Shown here in pieces: positions 6,716 through 15,939 of a DNA stretch of 39,200 bases. The DNA lies in contig JALIDO010000001.1 in assembly GCA_022865265.1 (NCBI GenBank), forward strand, positions 1 through 39,200, read 5' to 3'. The notes under the pieces are model-generated. The model saw nothing but the letters and a program-made list of their open reading frames with translations. It did no database searches and was not told the origin of the DNA. How positions within the stretch are numbered: the stretch's first letter is position 1; each line of letters begins with the position of its first letter. The stretch is from Candidatus Nanohalarchaeota archaeon QJJ-5 (GTDB lineage Archaea > Nanohalarchaeota > Nanosalinia > Nanosalinales > Nanoanaerosalinaceae). Made by a program: the position numbers and the translations under genes.

Positions 6716-9619
6716 TTATTCCTCATCTGTGAATGCAGGGACCAGACCACGGACAGGCACATGTCGGATTTTGAAGCGTCCGTCATCACTGTCTTTGGAC
6801 CGTGTCACATACATCGCACCACGCTGTGGTGATTCATCCGGTGAGATGATCTCTTTACTGAACTGGTTCGAGGACTGGCTGCTTCCACCACTTGCTGCCT
6901 GTCGGCTTTCTTTCTTCACGAAAAACGGTGTATGACGGTGACCATAGCCGGCGAAGTCCTCAAGGGATTCGTCTCGGACAGCTTTGGTTGATGCATTTTT
7001 GCCATTACCACGTGGACCGTGCTGGGCTTTCATGACGACATCGCTGTCGAAGTCTTCCAGATGGAACATATCCCGACCGCTTTTCTCACCTGATGCGACA
7101 AGGATCTGGTCTTCGTATTCATCATCGAACCATCGTTTCACTTCTCGGGCCTCATCGTGGCCGGTGTCTGTCCCGTTGTTGCCATGGTTTCCGCTTGTGA
7201 CGGCGACGGTGACGCCACGATCCAGAAGGCGTTCATATTCCTGAACAAGGGTTTCATCGACAAGATCTTTCTGATCTTCGATCTTACCCATCGCATCTGC
7301 ATTGTTCTGATACTTCTGTGCGTATGAAAGGGCTAACTGTGTTTCTGCTCCTACATCATTTTCAGCAAGGTACTGGCCAACTTCCATTGGATCTTCGAAT
7401 GACACATCATCGCCTTCCAAGACGTTGATGATCTCTGATTGCAGTTCGCCCATCTCATGGTCGAGTTTCTGCTCTCCTTCGATCTGTTGATGGTCAAAGT
7501 TGTCATAGCCATGGAGGGCATCTCCCATCTCCATCACGACAACATCATCAACGGATCCGTCGATTTCACCGTCCTCGATCCGATCAAGCATATCATGGAT
7601 CCAGGTAAAGTCTTCTTCGACCAGATGATCGGTCAATCCTTCATGGAGGTCCTTCCAGTAATGCGGTGCACCAAAATGATCGTCGCCTCGCACCACGAAA
7701 TGAAGTGGATCGAAGGAGGTATCCCGGCCTGGTTTTGTCTTTCCGCGGGCCTGTTCTCCTTTGTCTTTCAGATCTGAGACGCCCCATCCTTCGGCCTCGA
7801 TGACCTTGCGAAGTTCTCCATCGGGTGCTTCTTCCAGTGAAAGATTGACCATAGAGGCTGTTCCATCATGAAGGCCTTTGATAAGCCGTTTCACGTCTTT
7901 GTTCAGGTTGAGGCCTTCGTCCCAGCCATATTCTTCCAGGAGTTCCTTGTCCATGAATGTCGAGCCCTGGACAATATAGGTCGGATCATCATCGATTTCA
8001 CTCCGGCCCTGGTTCATCGGCTGGATGGTGTATTCTCCTTCGTGGGCTGCCAACAGCATATCACCGGGCTCTTTATCCCGTCGTTTGTATTCTTCCATCA
8101 CCCTGTCAAGTCCATATTTGAGTGGTTCATCCGAGGCAAAATGACCATGGGTTATATCGATCTCATACCCATTTACATCGATCGTCATAAGCCCTGATTC
8201 ATCATCAAGAGCCTGCACATTCCCGAGGGAATGGATTTCTTCTTCGACTTCGAGTTCTGCAAGGGTCTTGACCATGTCACGTTCTTTCCGATCCAGATAT
8301 GACCGACCAAAGACCTGAGCATATTCACCGATCGCGCGCTCGACCAACATGGCATTGAGATTGAGTTCTTTGCTTCGAATGAACTGTTTCATCTCTTCTG
8401 CCATCTCTGTCAGATCTTTCTGGAGTTCGATGGCTTTGTTGTAGTCGTCTTCGATGTGGTCATCGAGGTTCACGCCTTCAACATCAAGATCAAGATCAAG
8501 CGGGTTCGCATCTTCTCCAAATGGATCGGCCCCGATCATGCTCGAGAGATCGCGTGATGCAGTGTCTTGGACCTGATCCAAGACATCATAGTATGTCTCT
8601 ATCTTCTGTTCAAGTCCTTCCATACGTTCTTCTAAGGCATCAGAGAGTTCGGATACTTTGTAATCGACCATGTCCTCGACCCACTGGTCCATGCCTTCGC
8701 CGAACTTGAAGAACAGTGGTACGTCTTCATCTGTGACATCTTGTAGTTCCTGGATACGACGGCGTGTGAACTCGAGTGAATCATTGATATCTGTGATCTT
8801 GCGGTATCCTTCTGGCGAATCAAGTTTCTGATCGACATTATCAGCGATCTCTCGCAGTTGTGCCTGTCGTTGTTCTTCGTCCTCTGGTAGATATTGGGCC
8901 GTCAGCTCATCATCGACAAGTTTCTCGATATAATGGGTCTGTAACAGGGAATTGAACTCGTCTTCCCCATCTTCATCTTCCAGATAGCCGAGTGCGTCCT
9001 GGTGCTGGCTCGCTGTCTTGTAGTATCGTTTTGGTACCCAGGCAACAGCATCACCGTTAAAGACAACCCCATCAAGGTCTTCGCCTTCGACTTCTTCAAG
9101 GAGTGCATCCCATGCGTCCTCATTGTGGAATTTGGTGCCAAATCCTGGTTCTGACAGATAGAGGAGATTGACATCATCGTCTTTATCGCTATACTTGTTG
9201 TTATGCAATGCTTCACGGGCTCCGGTGACCATGTCAGCGATATAGCGGGCTTGTTGATCGGCTGACTGGAGTTCTGGCATCTGGGTTTCACTGAACTCTT
9301 CGAGGCCGAGGTCATAATCGAACTGTTCGACCAGGGCGTCGATATTTTCCCGATAATCAGTAGGATCGGCATCAAGGCGCCATGTTTTTCGACCACCACT
9401 GCGGTCTGCATCGACAGCAAAGCCTGCGTCTTCGATGGCCTCGGTCGCATCTGCCAGATAGCTCGATGCTGTATCCGCATGCACATCGAGTTGATCCGCG
9501 ACCGTCTCACGATCGTACTGTTGGCCGTCAAGTAGTCCAAGTTTGATGAAATCGACTTTATCTTGTCGATCCATTTCATCTAGGTACATATCGTGTGGAT
9601 TTGTCGCCATCGTGGTCAC
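6716..9619 (-). CDS. very large acidic protein: N-terminal HTH-like region, degenerate metallophosphoesterase-like module, coiled-coil region, then an intact calcineurin-like metallophosphoesterase domain
   Basis: 967-aa ORF; the track start is GTG 9619 and the first ATG is at 9610. The C-terminal half carries a full MPE motif set in order: VVRGDDHFG (DxH), VVVMEMGDALHG (GDxxHG), VAVTSGNHGNNG (GNH), MKAQHG and GYGHRHTP (GHxH). The N-terminal half has a weaker copy (LLYLSEPGFG, VVFNGDAV, ITHGHF, LLAAHEGE). Between them lies heptad-like E/K/L-rich sequence. Confidence 0.6.
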   Translation of the reverse strand: MTTMATNPHDMYLDEMDRQDKVDFIKLGLLDGQQYDRETVADQLDVHADTASSYLADATEAIEDAGFAVDADRSGGRKTWRLDADPTDYRENIDALVEQFDYDLGLEEFSETQMPELQSADQQARYIADMVTGAREALHNNKYSDKDDDVNLLYLSEPGFGTKFHNEDAWDALLEEVEGEDLDGVVFNGDAVAWVPKRYYKTASQHQDALGYLEDEDGEDEFNSLLQTHYIEKLVDDELTAQYLPEDEEQRQAQLREIADNVDQKLDSPEGYRKITDINDSLEFTRRRIQELQDVTDEDVPLFFKFGEGMDQWVEDMVDYKVSELSDALEERMEGLEQKIETYYDVLDQVQDTASRDLSSMIGADPFGEDANPLDLDLDVEGVNLDDHIEDDYNKAIELQKDLTEMAEEMKQFIRSKELNLNAMLVERAIGEYAQVFGRSYLDRKERDMVKTLAELEVEEEIHSLGNVQALDDESGLMTIDVNGYEIDITHGHFASDEPLKYGLDRVMEEYKRRDKEPGDMLLAAHEGEYTIQPMNQGRSEIDDDPTYIVQGSTFMDKELLEEYGWDEGLNLNKDVKRLIKGLHDGTASMVNLSLEEAPDGELRKVIEAEGWGVSDLKDKGEQARGKTKPGRDTSFDPLHFVVRGDDHFGAPHYWKDLHEGLTDHLVEEDFTWIHDMLDRIEDGEIDGSVDDVVVMEMGDALHGYDNFDHQQIEGEQKLDHEMGELQSEIINVLEGDDVSFEDPMEVGQYLAENDVGAETQLALSYAQKYQNNADAMGKIEDQKDLVDETLVQEYERLLDRGVTVAVTSGNHGNNGTDTGHDEAREVKRWFDDEYEDQILVASGEKSGRDMFHLEDFDSDVVMKAQHGPRGNGKNASTKAVRDESLEDFAGYGHRHTPFFVKKESRQAASGGSSQSSNQFSKEIISPDESPQRGAMYVTRSKDSDDGRFKIRHVPVRGLVPAFTDEE

Positions 9620-9852
9620 CGAAAGATGGCTCTTGCAACGGTTCCACTAATGCCATCAAAAGAAATTGATCTCCTTTGCCCGCTTGTGCTACCAATATTC
9701 GTATGGCTCAATAGTGCTTCCCCCGTGCCAGAGCCGTTGTGGTTCTGTTACACTAATCTTGGATACGCCCATATATAATGGTTTTTCTAGTGGAACACAC
9801 AATATATAGGTGTGAAACAAGTGATTTACCCAAATAAAGAATAAAAAGAACC

Positions 9853-9877
9853 GGAGCGCATCAGTATAATGCGCTCC
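9853..9877 (-). terminator. 9-bp stem / 7-nt loop hairpin followed (minus sense) by a T-rich run, downstream of proS
   Basis: GGAGCGCAT-cagtata-ATGCGCTCC is a perfect stem. On the minus strand it is followed by GGTTCTTTTTATTCTTTATTT (+ strand 9832-9852). It starts 15 nt beyond the proS stop codon. Confidence 0.55.
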
Positions 9878-9891
9878 AGAAGATGGATCTG

Positions 9892-11379
9892 TCAGTAGTT
9901 CTTTGCGAAATATGCGATCTCGACGGCTTCTTCACCACAGATCGCACATGATCCCTCGATCTCCTCTCGCTCATCCTCGAATGGAACCATGACAATCTCG
10001 GCTGCGATCTGGTCTTTGACCTCTGCTTCACACTGTTCATCACCACACCACGCACAGGTCACATAGCCACGTTTCCTTCCGATACGTTCGAGGATCTCTT
10101 CGTAACTTTCAGCTCTGGTTATGTGGTCATCACGATAGTCTTTGAGGTTCTCGAACAGTGCTACCTGGATGTCTTCCAACTGCTCTTCGACCGTCTCTGT
10201 GAGGTCTTCGATCGTGATCGTGAGTTCCTCACCAGTATCACGACGGACCAATGTCACTTCTTCATCATCCATCTCCCGTGGCCCGATCTCGATACGGAGC
10301 GGGACACCTTTGAGTTCCCATTTATTGAACTTGAACCCGGGTGTCTTGTGCTGATCATCGTCATATTCGGTCCTGAAGCCTGCTAGTTCTTCTTCGATCT
10401 CATCACCATAGGCAAGGACATCATCATCTGTTCCATCACCGGTCATGATCGGAACGATGACAACTTCGATCGGTGCGACTTCTGGTGGGAGGACAAGTCC
10501 ATCATCGTCTCCGTGAGCCATGATCAATGCTCCGATGGCTCGGGTCGAAAGCCCCCAGGAACACGTGTAGGGGTGTTGGGTCTGCTGTTGTTCGTCTTCG
10601 TATGTGATATCGAATGCTTCTGAAAAGCTCTGGCCGAGATTATGTGACGTGCCACCTTGGATCGATTTCCCATCTGGCATGAGTGCTTCGACGGTTGTTG
10701 TCATATCGGCACCCGGGAACTTATCGTGTTCTGGTTTCTTTCCTTCAAGGACAGGGACAGCCATGATATCTTCGTAGAGTCGTGCATACTGGTCGAGTCG
10801 AGTGTACATTTCTTCATCAGCTGCTTCTTTCGATGCATGCGCTGTATGGCCTTCCTGCCAGAGGAATTCTCGGGTCCGGAGGAATGGTCGTGTATCCGTG
10901 GCTTCCCAGCGCACAACATTCGACCACTGGTTCAGTCGCAACGGTAGATCACGGTAGCTCTGGATCGTATCAGCCATGTATGGTGCTATGATCGATTCGG
11001 ATGTCGGGCGGATGGCAAGTCGTTCTTCGAGTTCTTCATCGTTCCCGGCTTTCTCGACCCAGGCAACCTCAGGATCGAAGCCGTCTACAATGTCTTTCTC
11101 CCGTTCGAGATAACTTTCCGGAATGAGCAATGGGAAGTATGCATTATCGACTTCATCGCTGATCCAGTCATCGAACGTATCACGGATCCGTTCCCAGAGT
11201 TTCATGCCATATGGTTCGATGATCATACATCCTTTGACCGGTGCATAGGATGCAAGTCCTGCTTTCTTCACGACCTGGGTGTACCATTCTGACATGTTTT
11301 GGCGTTTTGAGACTGTAATACCGAGTTGCTGGTTGGATTCATCACTCATCGTATCTACCTCTTGTGCTGCTCCTGCCAT
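9892..11379 (-). CDS. proS: prolyl-tRNA synthetase, archaeal/eukaryal type
   Basis: Class II aaRS features and ProRS-typical sequence: NMSEWYTQVVKKAGLA, IRPTSESIIAPYM, FLRTREFLWQEGHTAHA, GGTSHNLGQSFSEAFDI, and a C-terminal zinc-like CAWCGDEQCE...CAICG. An alternative ATG lies at 11349 (MSDESNQQ). Confidence 0.9.
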   Translation of the reverse strand: MAGAAQEVDTMSDESNQQLGITVSKRQNMSEWYTQVVKKAGLASYAPVKGCMIIEPYGMKLWERIRDTFDDWISDEVDNAYFPLLIPESYLEREKDIVDGFDPEVAWVEKAGNDEELEERLAIRPTSESIIAPYMADTIQSYRDLPLRLNQWSNVVRWEATDTRPFLRTREFLWQEGHTAHASKEAADEEMYTRLDQYARLYEDIMAVPVLEGKKPEHDKFPGADMTTTVEALMPDGKSIQGGTSHNLGQSFSEAFDITYEDEQQQTQHPYTCSWGLSTRAIGALIMAHGDDDGLVLPPEVAPIEVVIVPIMTGDGTDDDVLAYGDEIEEELAGFRTEYDDDQHKTPGFKFNKWELKGVPLRIEIGPREMDDEEVTLVRRDTGEELTITIEDLTETVEEQLEDIQVALFENLKDYRDDHITRAESYEEILERIGRKRGYVTCAWCGDEQCEAEVKDQIAAEIVMVPFEDEREEIEGSCAICGEEAVEIAYFAKNY

Positions 11380-11619
11380 TCAATCGTCTGTGGAAAGAAA
11401 CAGTCAGTACCGATTCACAGCGACAGTTTCCCTTATTCCCAACCTTGTGGAACATGATCACCAGTCTGCTGTCGCATGTGTATCATTCTAAGACAGACCG
11501 ATGATCTTTTTTAAATCTAATCGTAACTCTGGCGAGCCACGGCCTCAAGAGAGGAAGGACCAGTGACGGGTTATTAATATCTAGTCATCGAAAAATATAC
11601 ATCACGCGGTGATACCGAA

Positions 11620-12336
11620 ATGGTAGATGATATCGATTATGATGAACTCTCCGATAAGACCATCTCACAGATCAAAGAGACAGTCGAGGAGAATGATATA
11701 GATCTCGAAAAGTTTCTTGAAATCGAAAAACAGAACAAAGATCGAAAGACTCTCAAGGCATGGCTTGAGGAACGTATAGACGAACAAGCTGAAGAAGAAC
11801 CGGCAGAGGATGAGTCAGACCAAGAAAAAGATGAGGAGACTGTTGCTGATGAGGAACAGTCAGATGATGAGATCACGATCAAGCACGATGACGAACAATC
11901 ACCAGGCATCATCGGAAAACTTCTCAATGCTTTAGGCGGATGGACGATCCCGAAGGCATTTGTGATCGGTCTCCTGCTCGGTGGGCTGTTCACTGCTGCT
12001 TTCAGTGGTCCTTCGGCTGCCCCATCAGGTGAGACTACACAAGGTGAGACCGTACCCCAGAGTGATGTTCAGGAAGATCTGCAGCCGTATGTAGACCAGC
12101 TTGGACAGCAGTACAGCCAGCTTCTTGGACAAGAGCCGACAATCAACCATGTCAGTTCGGGTGAGGCAGATTTTGCCAATCTCTACCAGTACACATACCG
12201 AATCTCTGTTCCTGATCCGAACTCTACTCAGGACATGACACAGGAATTCGATCTTTACGCCTCGAAAACCGGCTCACATGTCCTACAGGCACAGCCACTG
12301 AACCAGGAAGGCGGTAGTGGCCAGCTGCCACAGTAA
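11620..12336 (+). CDS. hypothetical protein: highly acidic N-terminus, one TM helix, Q/S-rich C-terminal domain; first gene of the mre11-rad50 string
   Basis: ATG 11620 has AAAAATATA centred about 25 nt upstream. The TM segment is AFVIGLLLGGLFTAAF. The gene ends 17 nt before mre11. Confidence 0.5.
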   Translation: MVDDIDYDELSDKTISQIKETVEENDIDLEKFLEIEKQNKDRKTLKAWLEERIDEQAEEEPAEDESDQEKDEETVADEEQSDDEITIKHDDEQSPGIIGKLLNALGGWTIPKAFVIGLLLGGLFTAAFSGPSAAPSGETTQGETVPQSDVQEDLQPYVDQLGQQYSQLLGQEPTINHVSSGEADFANLYQYTYRISVPDPNSTQDMTQEFDLYASKTGSHVLQAQPLNQEGGSGQLPQ

Positions 12337-12353
12337 CCGGCAAGGAGGACCAG

Positions 12354-13604
12354 ATGCGGATAGCTGTTATTAGTGATCAGCATTTCGGGTTCGATTGGAA
12401 CGGAGACAGAGCCGATGATCCGTTCCGTAACTGCCGTGAGGCTTTCGAGAAGGCCCGAGATGCTGATCTGATTCTTCTTCCTGGTGATCTGTTCGATAAG
12501 AAGGTACCGAAACAGGAAGTCCTTGGTCGGGCGATCGATCTATTCAACTGTTTCGATGGAGAGACATCCTCGGTACAGCTAGATAGTGATCGAAGTGATA
12601 AAACAGTCTCGTTCCGTGGACCACCAATCGTTGCGATCCACGGTACGCATGAACGACGGACCAGCGATCACCTGAATCCGGTTGAATTGCTGGAAAAGAT
12701 GGGGTATCTCGTTCATATCCACAATGAAACACTTGTGTTTTCGGAAGGTGATGAAACTGTTGCGATCCACGGGATGAGCGGTGTACCTGAACGCTATGCG
12801 CCACAGGTTCTTGATCGATTCGATCCTGAACCGGTAGCGGATGCGTACAATATTCTCATGTTACATCAATCGATAGATCAACTGGTCTATACGGATCCAG
12901 ATCACGATACATTGTCACTTGAACGGCTGCCGGAAGGATTTGATACCATCATCGATGGTCATATCCACTGGCGTAATCTAGAACTGAAAGATGACGACAA
13001 ACCGGTTGTCCTGCCTGGCTCGACGGTCACCACACAGCTGAATAAGATCGAAGCAGAGCGGGAGAAAGGTATGGTATGGATCGATACCGAGACAGGTCTT
13101 TCATTCGACGCTCTAGAGGAACCACGTGATGTGGTATATATCGAAGAGGATGTATCTGATTTGAGTTCAAGTGAGATACAGGAACAGATAGAGAACGAAA
13201 TCGATGAGCGATCGACCATGGATCAACGACGGCCCTTGGTACGGGTAAAATTGAGTGGAACGACGAATGCCGCCGTGAGTGTGGGTGAACTCGAAACTGC
13301 ACTCGAATCGAAGGCGCTGATCTCGATCAGTGATGAGACAACGATACCTAATGAAGACACAGATGATTCCACATTCGATCACTCAGAACAATCTGTCTAT
13401 GAACATGGAACAGCATTACTTGAGGAACGTATCGATCAACCTGCTATCGATGATCTGGTCACCCATCTGGCCGATGGTAATGTAGAGACAGCACGATCAA
13501 TGCTTGAGACAATGGTAACAGAACACGATGAGGAAACTGGGGATAGTGATACAACTGAGAAACCTGGATCAACGCTGAAATCATTTGTGGATACCGATGA
13601 TTGA
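12354..13604 (+). CDS. mre11: DNA double-strand break repair nuclease Mre11 (SbcD family metallophosphoesterase)
   Basis: MPE motifs in order: VISDQHFG, LLPGDLFD, VAIHGTHE, MLHQS and IDGHIHW. It is followed by rad50 with an 8-nt overlap. Confidence 0.85.
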   Translation: MRIAVISDQHFGFDWNGDRADDPFRNCREAFEKARDADLILLPGDLFDKKVPKQEVLGRAIDLFNCFDGETSSVQLDSDRSDKTVSFRGPPIVAIHGTHERRTSDHLNPVELLEKMGYLVHIHNETLVFSEGDETVAIHGMSGVPERYAPQVLDRFDPEPVADAYNILMLHQSIDQLVYTDPDHDTLSLERLPEGFDTIIDGHIHWRNLELKDDDKPVVLPGSTVTTQLNKIEAEREKGMVWIDTETGLSFDALEEPRDVVYIEEDVSDLSSSEIQEQIENEIDERSTMDQRRPLVRVKLSGTTNAAVSVGELETALESKALISISDETTIPNEDTDDSTFDHSEQSVYEHGTALLEERIDQPAIDDLVTHLADGNVETARSMLETMVTEHDEETGDSDTTEKPGSTLKSFVDTDD

Positions 13605-15888
13605 TGCGATCGAACTAAAGAACTGGCGATCGCATGAGAAGACCCGTCTCAGCCTACAATCGGGTGTGAATGGACTGGTCGGGGACATGGGTGCAGGGAA
13701 ATCATCGGTCCTGGAAGCACTGACATATGGCCTCTATGGGACACTTCCAGCAGTGAAGTCCCGGAAGATCAATCTCGATGATCTGATCCGCCGTCACCCG
13801 ACAGAACAGGACCAAGCGACAGTGGCGGTCGAATTCACCATCGAACAGACCCAGTATCGTGTCGAACGGACACTTGTACGAGGGAAAGGAACAGACAAAT
13901 CAACGCTCCGTGAGGATGGAACATTGATCGTTGGTGATCAGACCAGCGAGGTGACAGAGGCTGTCACTGAGTTACTCGGGATTGGATTTGACCTATTTAC
14001 GACGATCGTCTATGCTGAACAGAACCAGATGGATTTCTTCCTCGATCTTGCACCATCAGATAGACGCGAGATGATCGATGATCTGCTCCATCTCGATAGA
14101 TTTGAAGATGCACGAAGCAATCTCGTTACGCTCCGTAATACGATCAAACAGGAATATTCTGCTAAGAAGCAACAATTATCTGACGAAAAAGACGCATATG
14201 ATCAAGAAGAGAAACAGACCCTTCAAGAAGAAATCGAGACCATCGAGTCGACGATTGAGGAGAAAAACGAGCAACGCCAGGAATACAAAAAACGGACAGA
14301 GGAGATCAAAGAGCGGCTTGATGAACTTGAAACGAAAAAAGAACAGGTCGAGCATCTTGATAAACAGATAACACGACTCTCGGGGACACGAGAATCCATC
14401 GATAATCAGATCGAGCAGCTACAGGATGAGATCGATCATGATATCGAGACAGAAACACTCGAAACGATCGAAGAACGGCTTCAAGATATCGAGAAGAAGT
14501 TTGAGACCCTGGAAGAACTGAAAGAACGGAAACAACAGATCGAGAAAGATCTAGCATCATTACAACAGAAACGTGACACACTAGACGATGAGCTTGAGAA
14601 ACTTGAATCACGCAAAGAGAAACTAGAAGAGCTTGATACGGTTAAAGACAAATTAGAGACACTGGAAGAACAATATGAATCCCTGAAAGAAGAGAAACAG
14701 CGCCGAAGTACTGAACGAGACCAACTCGAGGAACAACATGCATCACTACAGGAAGCTGAACAGACCTGTCCTGTCTGTGAACAACAGCTCGATGATGAGC
14801 ATCAACAAGAACTACTGGATCGAACGAGCGAGAAGATAGATCAACACAACAAGCGTCTTTCGACCATCAAGGAAAACATGGCCGAGCTGGAAGACGATAT
14901 CGAAGACCTTTCGGATAAACGGGATACTTTGCTCCAGTACCAAGGCGTTGAAGATAAGATAGAGAAAAAGACCAAAACAAAAGCATCGGCCCTCGATGAG
15001 ATCGAAGCCAAAACCGACAAACGCGATGAGATACAGCAACAGATCGATGCAATCGATGTCGAGGTCCTAGAAGAGAAACAAAATGAGCTCGAAAAGATAC
15101 AATCGATCATCGAGAAAAAAGATAAACGCCAAACCCTTTCTGAACAGATTGAGGAGTTTCAAGAGAAACGTGATGAGCTTTCATTCGATCAAGAGACGTT
15201 TGAACAGTTACAGGAGGAATACAATACCCTCAAGTCTAACATCGAGGTCCTGAACTCTGAAATCGAATCCAAAGACGAACTCCGTACTGAGAAACAACAA
15301 CGGCTTGATACGTTCAAAGAGCAGGAAGAACGCATCGATTCGTTGGAAGAAACGATAGAGACCCTTTCAGATCAACGTGATTTCCTCGCCGAATTGGAGA
15401 CAGCATTGAAGACGACACAGGAACAGATGCGTGAAGAATTCGTCACCACGACGAATGATGTGATGTCTACTGTCTGGGACACGGTCTATCCGTATGAAGA
15501 TTATCGATCAATTCGGTTAGATGCAGGAAAAGACTACCGCCTGTTGTTGGAGGATGTCCGTGGCAACGAGATCCCTGTAGAAGGTGAAGTATCAGGCGGT
15601 GAACGCCACACTGCCGCCTTTGCTCTCCGAATCGCACTTGCAACAGTGCTAACACCGGCGACACGGCTACTTATCCTTGATGAACCCACCCATAACTTGG
15701 ATACCCGTGCGATCGAACAGCTGGGCGAAACCCTTCGCAATACGATCGAAGGGTATATGGATCAGGTACTCCTTATTACCCATGATGAACAACTTGAATC
15801 AGCTGTAACTGGGAATCTCTATCGTCTCCAGAACGATGAGACCACGAATGGCCTCACAGTCGTCGAGAACCCATATGCAGATGCATGA
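13597..15888 (+). CDS. rad50: DNA double-strand break repair ATPase Rad50 (SMC-like), short-coiled-coil form
   Basis: Walker A GDMGAGKSSVLEA, central zinc hook CPVC (AEQTCPVCEQ), signature SGGERHTAAFALR, Walker B LLILDEPTHNLD and ITHD. ATG 13597 overlaps the mre11 stop codon (ATGATTGA). About 763 aa. Confidence 0.9.
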   Translation: MIDAIELKNWRSHEKTRLSLQSGVNGLVGDMGAGKSSVLEALTYGLYGTLPAVKSRKINLDDLIRRHPTEQDQATVAVEFTIEQTQYRVERTLVRGKGTDKSTLREDGTLIVGDQTSEVTEAVTELLGIGFDLFTTIVYAEQNQMDFFLDLAPSDRREMIDDLLHLDRFEDARSNLVTLRNTIKQEYSAKKQQLSDEKDAYDQEEKQTLQEEIETIESTIEEKNEQRQEYKKRTEEIKERLDELETKKEQVEHLDKQITRLSGTRESIDNQIEQLQDEIDHDIETETLETIEERLQDIEKKFETLEELKERKQQIEKDLASLQQKRDTLDDELEKLESRKEKLEELDTVKDKLETLEEQYESLKEEKQRRSTERDQLEEQHASLQEAEQTCPVCEQQLDDEHQQELLDRTSEKIDQHNKRLSTIKENMAELEDDIEDLSDKRDTLLQYQGVEDKIEKKTKTKASALDEIEAKTDKRDEIQQQIDAIDVEVLEEKQNELEKIQSIIEKKDKRQTLSEQIEEFQEKRDELSFDQETFEQLQEEYNTLKSNIEVLNSEIESKDELRTEKQQRLDTFKEQEERIDSLEETIETLSDQRDFLAELETALKTTQEQMREEFVTTTNDVMSTVWDTVYPYEDYRSIRLDAGKDYRLLLEDVRGNEIPVEGEVSGGERHTAAFALRIALATVLTPATRLLILDEPTHNLDTRAIEQLGETLRNTIEGYMDQVLLITHDEQLESAVTGNLYRLQNDETTNGLTVVENPYADA

Positions 15889-15939
15889 TTGAGAAATGAT
15901 CCCCCATCGTGTAGGCACTTAAATCATGTTTCACAAAAG

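Noticed and set aside
8902-9579. 225-aa minus-strand ORF inside the 967-aa gene
   Set aside because: It is an alternative frame of the same strand. It is basic and Ser/Thr/Met-rich with no motifs, while the overlapping 967-aa frame carries ordered metallophosphoesterase motifs.
6716-9619. The 967-aa protein as the PolD small subunit (DP1) or a second Mre11
   Set aside because: DP1 and Mre11 have a single MPE domain and characteristic flanking domains (OB fold, capping domain). The tandem MPE plus coiled-coil layout and the motif wording (GNHGNN, GHRHTP) do not fit what I recall. This remains untested without a search.
9749-9768. A second NrtR-type operator at TACACTAA-TC-TTGGATAC
   Set aside because: Only the left half-site matches the 24386-24403 palindrome. 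The right arm matches 3 of 8 positions, so it is recorded only as a lone half-site.
9660-9770. Possible tRNA in the 9620-9891 intergenic region
   Set aside because: No acceptor-stem complementarity exists: GCCCGC and GGGCGTA have no matching 3' partner. There is also no T-loop consensus on either strand.
11637-11993. 118-aa Ser-rich minus-strand ORF
   Set aside because: It is a typical mirror ORF of a GAx-codon-rich acidic gene, where antisense codons give Ser runs. It is fully contained in the better-supported + strand gene.
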